64,000 nucleotides of DNA from a candidate division WOR-3 bacterium (GCA_016867815.1 VGIR01000003.1:2495-66494); one strand, 5' to 3'; counted from the stretch's first letter, positions 9,345 to 19,342 are shown. Translations and numbers: made by a program. The notes: a model not told the origin generated them from the sequence alone.

Positions 9345-9923
9345 ATGTCGAGACAGATGGAGATCGCATCCGAAGACGTCCTGGTGAGCCGCTCCGCACG
9401 GGGCGACGAACAGGCGTTTGGGGTGCTGGTTGAACGCTACAAAGGAATGCTGTACTCAATGTCACGTCGGTTGATGAAGGACCCGGGCAGGGCCGAGGAT
9501 GCGGCCCAGGAGTCCTTCATCAAGGCGTGGGCCGCCCTGCCCGGTTTCAAGGGTGAATCGAAGTTCTCGTCGTGGCTCTACCGTATATGCTACAACACGT
9601 GCATCAGCGAGTTGCGCAAACGCAAGCCCGAGGTCGAACTCGACGAGGCGACGGGCGTGCCGGTTGAGGGGCCGGCGCAGGACTTCCTGAACCGCAACAT
9701 CCAGGCCACGATCCAGGAAGAGGTTAGCAGGCTGCCGGACGACTATCGTGCCGCCGTGACCCTGTACCATTTCAGCGGCCTTTCCTACGAGGAGATTGCG
9801 AAGCTGACCCACAAGCCGATGGGCACGGTAAAAGCCCATATCCACCGGGCCCGGGCGGTGCTCAGGACGCGGCTGGTGGAGCGAATCGGCTGGGACAATT
9901 TGAAAGAGGTGATGTGGCAATGA
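9345..9923 (+). CDS. RNA polymerase ECF sigma-70 factor (sigma-24 family)
   Basis: 192 aa; sigma70 region 2 (LYSMSRRLMKDPGRAEDAAQESFIKAW) and region 4 helix-turn-helix (LSYEEIAKLTHKPMGTVKAHIHRAR). Confidence 0.85.
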   Translation: MSRQMEIASEDVLVSRSARGDEQAFGVLVERYKGMLYSMSRRLMKDPGRAEDAAQESFIKAWAALPGFKGESKFSSWLYRICYNTCISELRKRKPEVELDEATGVPVEGPAQDFLNRNIQATIQEEVSRLPDDYRAAVTLYHFSGLSYEEIAKLTHKPMGTVKAHIHRARAVLRTRLVERIGWDNLKEVMWQ

Positions 9924-10390
9924 ACTGCGTTGAAGTCAGACAGGCGGTCCAGGACTACGTGACCCGCGAACTCAGCATCGAGAACCGGCGGCTGTTCGAC
10001 GCCCATCTGGTCGAGTGCGGGGAGTGCCAGCGCGAACTGGCGTTGATGACGGCGCTCGTATCCACGCTTGACCATCAGCCGGTGCTCGAGCCACGACCGG
10101 GGTTTGGCGAGAAGGTGCTTTCATCGCTGCCGCGGCAGCGGAGTCTCGTTTTGAACCCGTGGTGGTCACTGGCGCTCGCGCCGGTACTGGGCGGCCTGGC
10201 GTGGTTGTTTCGGGTTCGGCTTGAGAGGGTGATCCTCGGCCTGGCCGGACAGCTCGGCATCCGGAGCATCAGCCTGCCCGCGCTCACCATGCAGAATGCC
10301 GGAATAGTCGCCGCAGCGGTGGTCGGGGTTGGCCTGCTTGTCACTGCTGGTGGTGCCTGGTTCTGCTGGCGCGTCTATCTCCAGGAATAG
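9914..10390 (+). CDS. anti-sigma factor, zf-HC2 zinc-finger type, membrane-anchored
   Basis: overlaps sigma stop (ATGGCAATGA); N-terminal HxxxC...CxxC motif (HLVECGECQRE); C-terminal TM helix. Confidence 0.7.
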   Translation: MAMNCVEVRQAVQDYVTRELSIENRRLFDAHLVECGECQRELALMTALVSTLDHQPVLEPRPGFGEKVLSSLPRQRSLVLNPWWSLALAPVLGGLAWLFRVRLERVILGLAGQLGIRSISLPALTMQNAGIVAAAVVGVGLLVTAGGAWFCWRVYLQE

Positions 10391-10412
10391 TCCTTCATCC
10401 TCTGAAGAGCGA

Positions 10413-10434
10413 GCGGGGCGCAGACGCGCCCCGC
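10413..10434. terminator. bidirectional rho-independent terminator hairpin
   Basis: GCGGGGCGCagacGCGCCCCGC between convergent genes. Confidence 0.55.
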
Positions 10435-10454
10435 TTCCTCAAGGACCTTTTCTA

Positions 10455-11084
10455 CTACCTAATCAGGCCAAGCCAATCGCCGAGCAGGAATTGGAGTCGG
10501 CCGATGAAGAGCGAGATACGGGCCATCACCGTGTAGCCGAACGATGCGCCGAACCCAACCATGACGAAAATGATGCCGACATAGCTGATCGGCTTGAGCA
10601 CGCCTTTCCGCTCGGCCGAGAAGAAGAAGTAGGTGATCGTGCAGACGACACCGACGAGGATGATTAGCGCCCAGAGACCTGCCTGCCAGTTGGCGAACGT
10701 GGCGCGGGTCACGATTGTCGCCTTGACCTGAGCGATGATGCCGGCCTCAACTGACCGCAGCAGCGACATGCCGGATCCGTAGCCCAGGAAGATGGCAATT
10801 GGGATCCGGACCAGCCACGAGATCTTCGGAATGAACCGCGTGAAGTAGAGCGCGCCGACTATGGCGGCCAGTATCAGCCAGAGCTTCTGGCCGTGCCCGA
10901 CCGGGTCGATCAGGCTGGGCACGAGCACCCGGTGCCAGGTGAAGGTGATGAAGTAGCCGTTGGAGACGCCAACGAAGAGGTGCTCGGCGGCGCGATAGAA
11001 TGGGTTCTCCTTGTACAGGAAGGAGAAGACGGCCAGGGTCATTATGGCCGCTACCCAGACCCAGGGATCGGTGGCGAGGTTCAT
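10455..11084 (-). CDS. hypothetical polytopic membrane protein (gene 4 of conserved membrane operon)
   Basis: 209 aa, about 6 TM helices; 4-nt overlap with upstream gene. Confidence 0.55.
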   Translation of the reverse strand: MNLATDPWVWVAAIMTLAVFSFLYKENPFYRAAEHLFVGVSNGYFITFTWHRVLVPSLIDPVGHGQKLWLILAAIVGALYFTRFIPKISWLVRIPIAIFLGYGSGMSLLRSVEAGIIAQVKATIVTRATFANWQAGLWALIILVGVVCTITYFFFSAERKGVLKPISYVGIIFVMVGFGASFGYTVMARISLFIGRLQFLLGDWLGLIR

Positions 11085-11992
11085 GACTTCCTCCTGCGGG
11101 TGGCGAAGTACCCGATGTTACCGACGACAATGAAGAGGATGATGGCGATGTGGGCCGCGGTCTGGGAGGACATCGCTTCGGTACCGCGGTTGCGGACGCG
11201 CCAGGTCATGCCCAGCCGGTCCATCTTCTCGCGCGTGAGCTGTTCGTACTCGGCCGCGCCGCGCATGCCGGCCAGCATGCCGGTGAACTGGCCGGAGTTG
11301 AGGTAGGTGTAGTAGTCGGCTGCCGACACCGCGGTGGTGCCGCAACCGATGCGGAGGCCGAACTGGGTCTGGGCATAGGCGACCCAGGAGATCGGCATCG
11401 ATGAGCCAGCAACCGAGACGAGGATGCCGACATCGTTGTAGTTCTTGACGTGTCGCGTCATCGGCAGCGATTCGGTTCGCGCACCGTAGTAGTCGACCGG
11501 GAAGACGTTGGTTATCCTCTCGCCCATGCCGAGCATCATTGTCAGGAGCGGCGTGGTCCAGCCCCAGAAGATGAAGTCCTCGCCGCTGATCACCGAATCC
11601 TCGTGCCTGGTAGCGACCGAGTCGAACTCGCGCTTTACTTCGCGCAGGGCGTCCTCGCCGAGGCCAAGCCCGTAGACCGTGGTCGCCACCAGGCCGACGC
11701 GGCGATCGGTGGCGAAGGCGTGGCGCAGGAGCGCCAGGGTCATCGGGTGCAGCTCGGCCTGGGTGTCGGGTGAATAGTCGACCGAGATAATGAGCGCCTT
11801 GTCCTCGGGCATCGAGTCGATGTAGCTGAACATCTGCTGCACCGGCGGTGAGGCAACCGGCTTGATCGGGAAGGGCTTGATCAGCGGCACCATCACGACC
11901 AGCCAGATGACGAGGTAAATCCACCGCCGGTCGATGCGCTGCAGCCTCTCCCAGAAGCCCTTTCGCCCGGCACTGCCTGACGCCGCCATCAC
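11081..11992 (-). CDS. hypothetical membrane protein with N- and C-terminal TM anchors and large central soluble domain (gene 3 of operon)
   Basis: 303 aa; ATGA overlaps on both sides indicate translational coupling. Confidence 0.55.
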   Translation of the reverse strand: MMAASGSAGRKGFWERLQRIDRRWIYLVIWLVVMVPLIKPFPIKPVASPPVQQMFSYIDSMPEDKALIISVDYSPDTQAELHPMTLALLRHAFATDRRVGLVATTVYGLGLGEDALREVKREFDSVATRHEDSVISGEDFIFWGWTTPLLTMMLGMGERITNVFPVDYYGARTESLPMTRHVKNYNDVGILVSVAGSSMPISWVAYAQTQFGLRIGCGTTAVSAADYYTYLNSGQFTGMLAGMRGAAEYEQLTREKMDRLGMTWRVRNRGTEAMSSQTAAHIAIILFIVVGNIGYFATRRRKS

Positions 11993-12654
11993 TCACCTCC
12001 CCCGAGCCAGCCGCGCTCAATGCCGAGGATGATCTTCAGCGACGTGGCGAGGATGCCCAGGCTGATACCGAAGCCGATGCCGCGCTTGGCCGCAGTGTTC
12101 GGCACCGCCAGAATCCACTCGGCGAACGAGGGCAGTTCTCTGACTATCATGCGGGTAAGTGGCACCGCGCCCAGCATCAAGATGAAGGCGGAGACGAGCA
12201 GGAGCGTTGCCTCGAGGTTGCGGGCGCGGAAGGCACGATAGGCGGCCGAGGCCATGAAGAAGGCGAGCAAGGCGAACATCGTCGAACCGAGCGGGACGAT
12301 CAGGCCGGTGAAGAGCGACTGGATGTGGAAGGAGAAGCCGCCGACCTGGGTCGGCAGGAGGCCGGGCCGGGTCGGGTCGATCCCGCCGAACAGGCCGATG
12401 ATGGCGCTGACGAAGAGGGCGACGACTGTGATCCAGCTGTAGCCCCAGTGTTCAGCCTTGCGCTTGATCTTGATGAAGTGGTGGCGCAGGATCGAGCCGA
12501 TGCCGAGGACGATGCTGAACGCGCCGATGACGCGGAGGATGTCGTTGCGGAAAACGGCGTCGGTGTCCTGGATTATCGGGTGCGGAATGATGTAGGTGAG
12601 TACACCGAATATGCCGGTTACCAGCACGATGATCAGGGGGAGTTTTCGTTTCAT
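11989..12654 (-). CDS. hypothetical polytopic membrane protein (gene 2 of operon)
   Basis: 221 aa, about 6 TM helices. Confidence 0.55.
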   Translation of the reverse strand: MKRKLPLIIVLVTGIFGVLTYIIPHPIIQDTDAVFRNDILRVIGAFSIVLGIGSILRHHFIKIKRKAEHWGYSWITVVALFVSAIIGLFGGIDPTRPGLLPTQVGGFSFHIQSLFTGLIVPLGSTMFALLAFFMASAAYRAFRARNLEATLLLVSAFILMLGAVPLTRMIVRELPSFAEWILAVPNTAAKRGIGFGISLGILATSLKIILGIERGWLGGGE

Positions 12655-12663
12655 CGTTTGCCT

Positions 12664-13755
12664 CTAGAGGATGTCGGTGATGCGGATGTCTACCGCCAGG
12701 GCGAGCAGGGTGCCGCCGAGTATCAGCGCGAGGATGATGAGTTTGTTGTAGTCCTGGCCCTTGATTGCCCCGAGCCGGAGCGGCTCGCGCGAGATGTAGG
12801 CCGATGCGGCGTAGAGTTCCTCGCCGATGAGGGTGTAGTCGCAGGCGGTGATGAAGAACGGCAGCTGGCTGACCGCGTCGGTGCCGGCAATCTGCACCGC
12901 GCCCGAGATGGCGCCGGTCTCGGCCAGGATCAGGGACTCGGCCCAGAACATGCCGATGAGGAAGTTGGTGGCCGGTTTCTCCCGGAGCATGATACCGTCG
13001 ACCGCGGCAGCGTAGGCGAACTGCTGGTCGGTGAGGAAGAAGACCGAGTCGGGGTTGAAGGCGTCAGGTCGGCCGACCGAGGCGTAGGACTCTTTGACTA
13101 CCTCGCGCGCCACCGTGTAGACGATCGGGTCACGATTGGGAACAATGAGCGGTGTTCCGAACTTGGCGGTCTTCTTGGCGACCTCGCCGAGGATATTGAG
13201 TGAGGCGATGGTTGCGACATCGTCAATCGTCGACAAACCGGGGACGTAGAGCGTCGGCCGGCCCATTTCGGTGGCGCGGCCGAGCGCTTCCTCGACCGCG
13301 TCCAGCCCGGCGATCCGACGGATGAACATCTTGGCCCCACGCCTTGCCTGTTGGAATGTGTAGAGGAAGATCACGAGGATGAGGGCCGTGCCTATGATAG
13401 ACGGGATTCGGCCGGTGTTGAACCACTGCGGCGCTGCCTTCGCGTAGCCAGATGGTTCGGACTCGCCTTGCAGGGTGTCGGCCTCGGCCAGGACCTTGTA
13501 GCGGTACGGCGTGCCGTTCCCGGCCCCCTCGTCGAAGTAGCGCGAGGCGAGCCGGCCAGCCATGCCGATCGTGTCCCATTCGGTAGCGCCTTCGGCCTGG
13601 CGGAGCACGCGGTAGTTGATGACGCTGCCATCCGGCGAGCGCGTCCATGTCACGGCGATCTTGCCGCCCGCGTCATTCGGTACGTCACGCGCCGCGACAC
13701 CGCCGGGCGGGGGGAGCGTGCATAAGAGCAGCGCGACAATGCAGGATAGCGCCAA
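12664..13755 (-). CDS. hypothetical membrane protein with signal peptide, fibronectin-III-like domain, TM helix and cytoplasmic domain (gene 1 of operon)
   Basis: 363 aa; N-terminal cleavable signal, FN3-like segment (IAVTWTRSPDGSVINYRVLRQ...TPYRYKV), two TM segments. Confidence 0.55.
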   Translation of the reverse strand: MALSCIVALLLCTLPPPGGVAARDVPNDAGGKIAVTWTRSPDGSVINYRVLRQAEGATEWDTIGMAGRLASRYFDEGAGNGTPYRYKVLAEADTLQGESEPSGYAKAAPQWFNTGRIPSIIGTALILVIFLYTFQQARRGAKMFIRRIAGLDAVEEALGRATEMGRPTLYVPGLSTIDDVATIASLNILGEVAKKTAKFGTPLIVPNRDPIVYTVAREVVKESYASVGRPDAFNPDSVFFLTDQQFAYAAAVDGIMLREKPATNFLIGMFWAESLILAETGAISGAVQIAGTDAVSQLPFFITACDYTLIGEELYAASAYISREPLRLGAIKGQDYNKLIILALILGGTLLALAVDIRITDIL

Positions 13756-13906
13756 CTTGCCTCCTAGTTGCTGCCGACAGGCGGCAGCGTAAGCGGGCGG
13801 TCTGGTTTCATCAGGTCAACGGAGTTGTCTAGCCGACTTCTCAGTCTATGAAAACCGGGGTGTGGGTCAACAGCCGCAGGCTGGCTGCACGCCGGCAGAG
13901 CGGTGC

Positions 13907-15337
13907 CTATTCGGTCCAGCGCCGGCGTTCGCGCTCCATCTGCGCGAGGTAGCGTCGGGTTACGCCGGTTGGGTACTTGCCATTGAAGCAGGCGGTACAG
14001 AAACTCGGCACCGCCGAGTTTCCGCGAACGGCGGAGACCAGGCCCTCGTAGGTCTGGTAGACCAGAGCGTCCGCGCCCACGACCTTGCGGATTTGCTCGA
14101 CGGTCCGGTTCTTGGCTACGAACTCACCGCGAGTCATCATGTCGATTCCATAGACACACGGGCAACGGAGCGGCGGTGCGGTGATTGCCAGGAAGACCTT
14201 GCGGGCGCCGGCGTCGCGCACCATCTGCACGATCTCGCGCGAGGTCGTGCCGCGGACGATTGAGTCGTCGACCAGCAAGACATCCTTGCCCTCGACCTGG
14301 GACCGGACCGGGTTGAGCTTCTGGCGAACGGACAGTGCACGACGGTCCTGGCCGTGCATGATGAAAGTGCGGGCGATGTAGCGGTTCTTGATCAGGCCCT
14401 CGCGCAGGCTGATGCCGAGGACAGAGGCGAGCGAGCTGGCCGCGGCGCGGGCAGTGTCCGGTACCGGGACGATGACGTCGGGCTTGAGCCCCTGGCGTGC
14501 GACTTCGAACGCGAGACGCTCGCCGAGCCGCAGCCGGGCCTGGTAGACTTCGATGCCGTCGATGACCGAATCGGGCCGCGCGAAGTACACGAATTCGAAG
14601 ATGCAGGGCCGCGGCGTTCCGGGCCGCACCTGGTTGCGGTGCACCTTGCCCTTGAAATCCACGAAAATGGCCTCGCCGGGCTTCACGTCGGTGAACCCGT
14701 GGAACCCGAGACGGTCGAAGGCGACGCTCTCGGAAGCGAAGGCGAACTCGCCGTCCTGCTGCGAGAAGACCAGCGGCTTGATGCCGAACGGGTCACGGAA
14801 GGCGAGCAGTCCGCGCCGGTGGATCAATGCGACGACCGAGAACGCGCCGTGGACCCGATCGAACACGCCGCGCACCGCTTTGAAGACAGCGGTCGGGGTG
14901 AAGCGCTTGAGATTCGACTGCTCCAGGCCTTCGGCAAACACGTTCAACAGCGGTTCAACGTCCGAGCAGCTGGTAAGCTGGCGGAAGTCGTCGAACATCA
15001 ATTCGCGGCGCAGGTCGGAGTAGTTGGTGACGTTGCCGTTGTGGACCATCGCGATGCCAAACGGGTGGTTGACGTAGAAGGGTTGGGCGTCTTCGGCTGA
15101 GCCGGGTCCGATGGTAGGATAGCGGGTGTGGCCTATCCCGGCACTGCCGGACAGGCGCGACAGATTCTTGACGTTGAAGACATTCGCTACCGTGCCGTTT
15201 CCCTTTTTGAGGTGAAACGTGCCGTCGGAGGTCAGGACGCCGGCCGAGTCCTGGCCCCGGTGCTGAAGCGCCAGCAGACCTTCAACGAGGTCAGCGCCGA
15301 CTTCGCGCCGGGTCAGAAGACCGAGTACGCCGCACAT
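13907..15337 (-). CDS. purF: amidophosphoribosyltransferase
   Basis: N-terminal MCGV (Ntn Cys1), glutamine amidotransferase class-II domain, PRTase domain, C-terminal Cys-rich FeS ligands. Confidence 0.9.
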   Translation of the reverse strand: MCGVLGLLTRREVGADLVEGLLALQHRGQDSAGVLTSDGTFHLKKGNGTVANVFNVKNLSRLSGSAGIGHTRYPTIGPGSAEDAQPFYVNHPFGIAMVHNGNVTNYSDLRRELMFDDFRQLTSCSDVEPLLNVFAEGLEQSNLKRFTPTAVFKAVRGVFDRVHGAFSVVALIHRRGLLAFRDPFGIKPLVFSQQDGEFAFASESVAFDRLGFHGFTDVKPGEAIFVDFKGKVHRNQVRPGTPRPCIFEFVYFARPDSVIDGIEVYQARLRLGERLAFEVARQGLKPDVIVPVPDTARAAASSLASVLGISLREGLIKNRYIARTFIMHGQDRRALSVRQKLNPVRSQVEGKDVLLVDDSIVRGTTSREIVQMVRDAGARKVFLAITAPPLRCPCVYGIDMMTRGEFVAKNRTVEQIRKVVGADALVYQTYEGLVSAVRGNSAVPSFCTACFNGKYPTGVTRRYLAQMERERRRWTE

Positions 15338-15386
15338 CAGTATCCATCTTACCCGCTGAAGCGGGCAGAGTCAAAGCGACGCGCGT

Positions 15387-16265
15387 CTACGTTCCGCGGC
15401 CGTCGAAGTCCGGAGTGTAGTCGCGGGAGGCAGAGGAATGGTCCTGCGCAAAGCCCTCTTCGAAGCCGAGATCGTCAAACCGGTGCCGAACGTCGTCGTA
15501 CTCCTCCTGCGAAATACGGCGGCCCATGCCGGGTAGTTCACCTGCCCGGTGGACCGGGTAGTACTGCGACATCAGGCTGACGCTGGTGCGGGGTCCGAGG
15601 TCATCGTGAATCCACTCAAGCAGCAACTTGCTGTCCTCGGCATGGCCGGGGAGCACGAGGTGCCGGATGATTAGTCCTTTCTCGACTATCCCGTGTCCAT
15701 CGTACCTGTTGCGGCCCACCTGCCGTTTCATCTCCGCGATGGCGGAGGAGGCAAACCGGAAGTAGTCCGGTGCCGACGAGCACATTCGTCCGAGGGCGTC
15801 CGAGTAATACTTCAGGTCGGGAAGGTAGACCTGCACTAGTCCCTCCAGGCGGGCAAGGGTTTCGACCTTCTCGTAGCCGTTCGAATTCCAGACGACGGGA
15901 ACCTTCAGCCTGGCTCGCGCCAGTTCGAGGATCGGAAGCAGCTGGTCGGAGTAGTGCGTGGGGGAGACGAGGTTGACGTTGTGCGCGCCCTGCTGTTCGA
16001 GTTCCTGCATGATTGCCAGGAGCCGGGCCGGAGTCACTTCTCGGCCTTGGCCCTGCTGGGAGATGTCGTAGTTCTGGCAGAATCGACAGCGGAGGTTGCA
16101 GTGGCTGAAGAAGATGGTGCCTGAACCGCGCGTGCCGGAAATGGGCGGCTCCTCCCAGTGGTGGAGCTGGGCAAGCGCGATCTCGAACCGGTCAGTCGCC
16201 CGGCAGACGCCTAGCTCAGTCGACCGGTCGATTCCGCATTCGAAAGGACACGCGCGACATTCCAC
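15387..16265 (-). CDS. radical SAM protein (PflA/activase-like family)
   Basis: CNLRCRFCQN = CxxxCxxC radical SAM cluster motif; 292 aa. Confidence 0.8.
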   Translation of the reverse strand: MECRACPFECGIDRSTELGVCRATDRFEIALAQLHHWEEPPISGTRGSGTIFFSHCNLRCRFCQNYDISQQGQGREVTPARLLAIMQELEQQGAHNVNLVSPTHYSDQLLPILELARARLKVPVVWNSNGYEKVETLARLEGLVQVYLPDLKYYSDALGRMCSSAPDYFRFASSAIAEMKRQVGRNRYDGHGIVEKGLIIRHLVLPGHAEDSKLLLEWIHDDLGPRTSVSLMSQYYPVHRAGELPGMGRRISQEEYDDVRHRFDDLGFEEGFAQDHSSASRDYTPDFDGRGT

Positions 16266-16349
16266 GTGGAATTATACGCGCAGGCGCGGCCGAGGGAACT
16301 GCGGCGAGCCGACTTGACACGTGCCGTATATGTGGTAAGCTAGACCTAG

Positions 16350-17117
16350 GTGAAGCCCGAACGACTTCAGAAGTACCTTGCATCGGCCGGCGTCGGCTCG
16401 CGCCGTCACTGCGAGGAGTTGATCGAGGCCGGGCGCGTCCGGGTCAACGGAGCGATGGCGAAGCTCGGGCAGTCGGTGACGCCCGGCAAGGACCGGGTTG
16501 AATACCGGGGGAGAGAGGTGAAGCCGGAAGCCGAGAAGGTCGTCGTGGCGGTGAACAAGCCGGCCGGCTACCTGAGCGCGTGTTTCCGGGGTCATGAAGA
16601 AGGCTGGCTGGTGACGGAACTGGTTGACCTGCCGTTTCGGCTCTACCCGGTGGGCAGACTCGATCGGGATTCCGAGGGTTTGCTGTTGCTGACGAATGAC
16701 GGGGACATCGCTCTGGAACTCACCCATCCTCGTTACGGCAAGGAGAAGGAGTACGAAGTCGAACTCGACCGGCCGGCCGGTCCGGAGTTGTGCGACCGGC
16801 TGCAGAAGAACGTGCAGTTGGCCGACGGTCCGGCACGGGCGGTTCGCGCCAGTCTGGTCGGGCCGGGCCGGCTCAGCGTTGTGCTTGCGGAAGGGCGCAA
16901 GCGGCAGCTGCGCAGGATGCTCGAGGCACTGGGGTGCAGGGTCGTGCGCCTGCGGCGGGTGCGGATTGCCGGTCTGCGTCTCGGCGAGCTGCCACTGGGC
17001 AAGTGGCGGAGACTGAGCGCTCGGGAGGTGACGGAGAAGCTGGGGCGAGGTTCGGAAGAACGCAGAAGTCAAAAGGCAGAAGTCAGAACGCAGAACCCGG
17101 AAGCGAAGAAGCCGTGA
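16350..17117 (+). CDS. pseudouridine synthase, RsuA/RluB family with N-terminal S4 domain
   Basis: S4 domain (RLQKYLASAGVGSRRHCEELIEAGRVRVNG), catalytic motif GRLDRDSEGLLLLTNDG. Confidence 0.85.
   Translation: MKPERLQKYLASAGVGSRRHCEELIEAGRVRVNGAMAKLGQSVTPGKDRVEYRGREVKPEAEKVVVAVNKPAGYLSACFRGHEEGWLVTELVDLPFRLYPVGRLDRDSEGLLLLTNDGDIALELTHPRYGKEKEYEVELDRPAGPELCDRLQKNVQLADGPARAVRASLVGPGRLSVVLAEGRKRQLRRMLEALGCRVVRLRRVRIAGLRLGELPLGKWRRLSAREVTEKLGRGSEERRSQKAEVRTQNPEAKKP
17054..17100. repeat. CAGAAGT/CAGAACG heptamer array (reverse complement of CTTCTGA family) inside 3' end of pseudouridine synthase CDS
   Basis: cgcagaagtcaaaaggcagaagtcagaacgcagaacc translated as RRSQKAEVRTQNPE tail. Confidence 0.8.
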
Positions 17118-19342
17118 GGGGAAGGCGGTTGGCGGGACTGGTCTGCCTGCTCGCGCTCGGGCTCTGTGCCTGGGCTCAGCAGCCGGTGCGCGAGCCGGTT
17201 GTTGTCGAGCCACCGGTGCGGATTGGCCTCGCGCTTTCCGGCGGCGCGGCACTGGGGTTTGCCCACATAGGCGTGCTCAAAGTGCTGGAGCGCGAGAGTA
17301 TCCCGGTTGTCGCGATTGCCGGTAACAGCATGGGTTCGATGGTCGGCGGCGTCTACGCCGCCGGGTACAGCGCGGCACAGATAGAGAGCCTGGCGCTCAA
17401 CGCGGACTGGAATCTGCTCTTCAGTTCCAGCGTCCCCTTCGGCGCTCAGTATCTTCCCGAACGCCAGCAGGCGCAGCGGTACGTCGTCCAACTCCGACAT
17501 CGGAACCTGGTTCCGTCGCTGCCCGGCGGCCTGGTGCCGCTTCAGAACGTGGAATTCCTGCTCATGCGCCTGCTGTCCAATATCGAGTACCACACCGGCT
17601 TTGACTTTGACAGCCTGCCGATTCCGTACCGCGCCGTGGCCGTTGACCTGGTATCGGGTGAGAAGAAGGTACTGGGACACGGCCGGCTGGAGCAGGCAAT
17701 CCGTGCGAGCAGCGCGATTCCCGGTGTGTTCGCTCCGGAAAGAATCGCTGGCATGGAGCTGGTCGACGGCGGCGTACAGCAGTACCTGCCGGTCGACCCG
17801 CTGGATAGTATCGACGCGAACCTCGACCTGAAGATAGCCGTGTTGACGATGAAACACAACGCGGAGACTGGTGTGTCGCTGATCGACATCGCCTCGCGCA
17901 GCATAGATCTGGTGAGCCCTGACGACCTGAAGAGGCAGAAGGAACTTGCCGATGTTCTGATTGAGCCCAACGTGGATCCGTTCACTCACTCGGACTTCGC
18001 CAGGGCAGCAGGCCTGATCGCGGCGGGCGAGTCGGCGGCCGAGGCCGCTTTGCCGCGCATCCGGGAGCTCATCGGTGCACGCACGCCGGTGCGCTACCGG
18101 CGTCCGATTGCCACCCGGCCATTACCGGTCGTCCGTTCAGTCCAATTCACGGGCCTGCGCGTCACGCGTGAAGGGACGGTACGGAAAGAGGTCCAGACCA
18201 CACCGGGGCAGTACCTTCGGTTCGGTCGTCTCATAGACGACCTGACGCGTTTGTTCCACACGGGCTTGTTCGAAGAGGTGAACTACGGGCTGGAACCGGT
18301 CCCGGGCGATTCGGTTGACGTGGTCATCGAGGTGGATGAGCGTGCCTACGGCTTCTACTCACTTGGTGTTAGCTACGACAACACTGATGAAGTGGCGCTC
18401 GGATTCGAGGTCGGCCAAGGCAACCTCGTCGGCTCCGGCGCCGGCGTCCGTGCGGCACTCGATGTCGGCAATCCGGATGAAGCCAGGTTCGGAATCACCG
18501 GCACGCGTCTGTTCCGGCTGCCGTTCGGCTATCGGCTGGACGGGTTTCTGGGTTCGGTGGATCGAGCCTACTACGACAGCAGCCGTTGGCAGGGTGACTA
18601 TACTGTCAGCTATCGTGGCGCTGTAGCCGAGGCGGGTTACATCCTTGGTCGGGATGCCTTCTTCGACTTCGGATTGAGAGCCTATCGGGCCGGATACCTT
18701 GTGCCCCCCAGGCTGATGCAGGACTCACTGCATCCCGAGTGGATCGTCGGCCCGAGTTTCAGGCTCGAGGCCAGCACATTCCGGGACGCCGACTTCCCGA
18801 CCGCGGGTGCGGCGTCGCGGCTGGAAGTGCTTTCTTCTGCCACACTGCTGAGTGGGACTCACCAGTTTCTGAGGATCGGCTACTCGGCCCAGAGGGCCCT
18901 CCCGGTATGGTCCAGGCTGCTCCTGAGACCGGCTCTGGATGTCGGCATATCTCTGGGTGAGCTGGCGTGGGCCGAGCAGTTCCGCACCGGGGGTGCCGGA
19001 TTCGTGGGGTTCGAGCCCGACGAGTTCACTTCAGCGCAGCGTTTGGTCGCGAAGTTCGGATTGGACTTCCGGCTGTTCCGGCTGTTCGGGCAGGAGAACT
19101 ACCCCGTCTACCTGCAGGTGATGGGCAACGTCGGGACCTTCGAGCCGTGGGACAAGCTGCTTGCATTGTCAGACCTACCTTCGATGCTCCACTGGGGCGC
19201 AGGCGCAGGAGCGCGCGTCAACACGCCGATTGGGCCGGTTCATCTGGTTGTCGCCGCGGGAGACTTCGCCAAGCTGACCGAGCGTAGCAGGCCGCTGGCA
19301 TTCTTCTTCTCGGTGGGGCGCGAGTTCCGCTACACGAGATAG
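17114..19342 (+). CDS. patatin-like phospholipase fused to POTRA and Omp85-type beta-barrel (PlpD-like, type Vd secretion architecture)
   Basis: signal peptide; patatin motifs GGAALG / GNSMGS (GxSxG) and DGG; POTRA-like segment then beta-barrel with C-terminal aromatic residues; start placed at GTG 17114 overlapping upstream stop, track ORF N-terminus overlaps rsuA in another frame. Confidence 0.7.
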   Translation: MRGRRLAGLVCLLALGLCAWAQQPVREPVVVEPPVRIGLALSGGAALGFAHIGVLKVLERESIPVVAIAGNSMGSMVGGVYAAGYSAAQIESLALNADWNLLFSSSVPFGAQYLPERQQAQRYVVQLRHRNLVPSLPGGLVPLQNVEFLLMRLLSNIEYHTGFDFDSLPIPYRAVAVDLVSGEKKVLGHGRLEQAIRASSAIPGVFAPERIAGMELVDGGVQQYLPVDPLDSIDANLDLKIAVLTMKHNAETGVSLIDIASRSIDLVSPDDLKRQKELADVLIEPNVDPFTHSDFARAAGLIAAGESAAEAALPRIRELIGARTPVRYRRPIATRPLPVVRSVQFTGLRVTREGTVRKEVQTTPGQYLRFGRLIDDLTRLFHTGLFEEVNYGLEPVPGDSVDVVIEVDERAYGFYSLGVSYDNTDEVALGFEVGQGNLVGSGAGVRAALDVGNPDEARFGITGTRLFRLPFGYRLDGFLGSVDRAYYDSSRWQGDYTVSYRGAVAEAGYILGRDAFFDFGLRAYRAGYLVPPRLMQDSLHPEWIVGPSFRLEASTFRDADFPTAGAASRLEVLSSATLLSGTHQFLRIGYSAQRALPVWSRLLLRPALDVGISLGELAWAEQFRTGGAGFVGFEPDEFTSAQRLVAKFGLDFRLFRLFGQENYPVYLQVMGNVGTFEPWDKLLALSDLPSMLHWGAGAGARVNTPIGPVHLVVAAGDFAKLTERSRPLAFFFSVGREFRYTR

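Noticed and set aside
16790-17113. N-terminal 108-aa extension of the patatin ORF in the track
   Set aside because: It overlaps the 3' half of the pseudouridine synthase gene in another frame and has low-complexity Arg/Ala/Gly composition. A GTG start and signal peptide begin at 17114.
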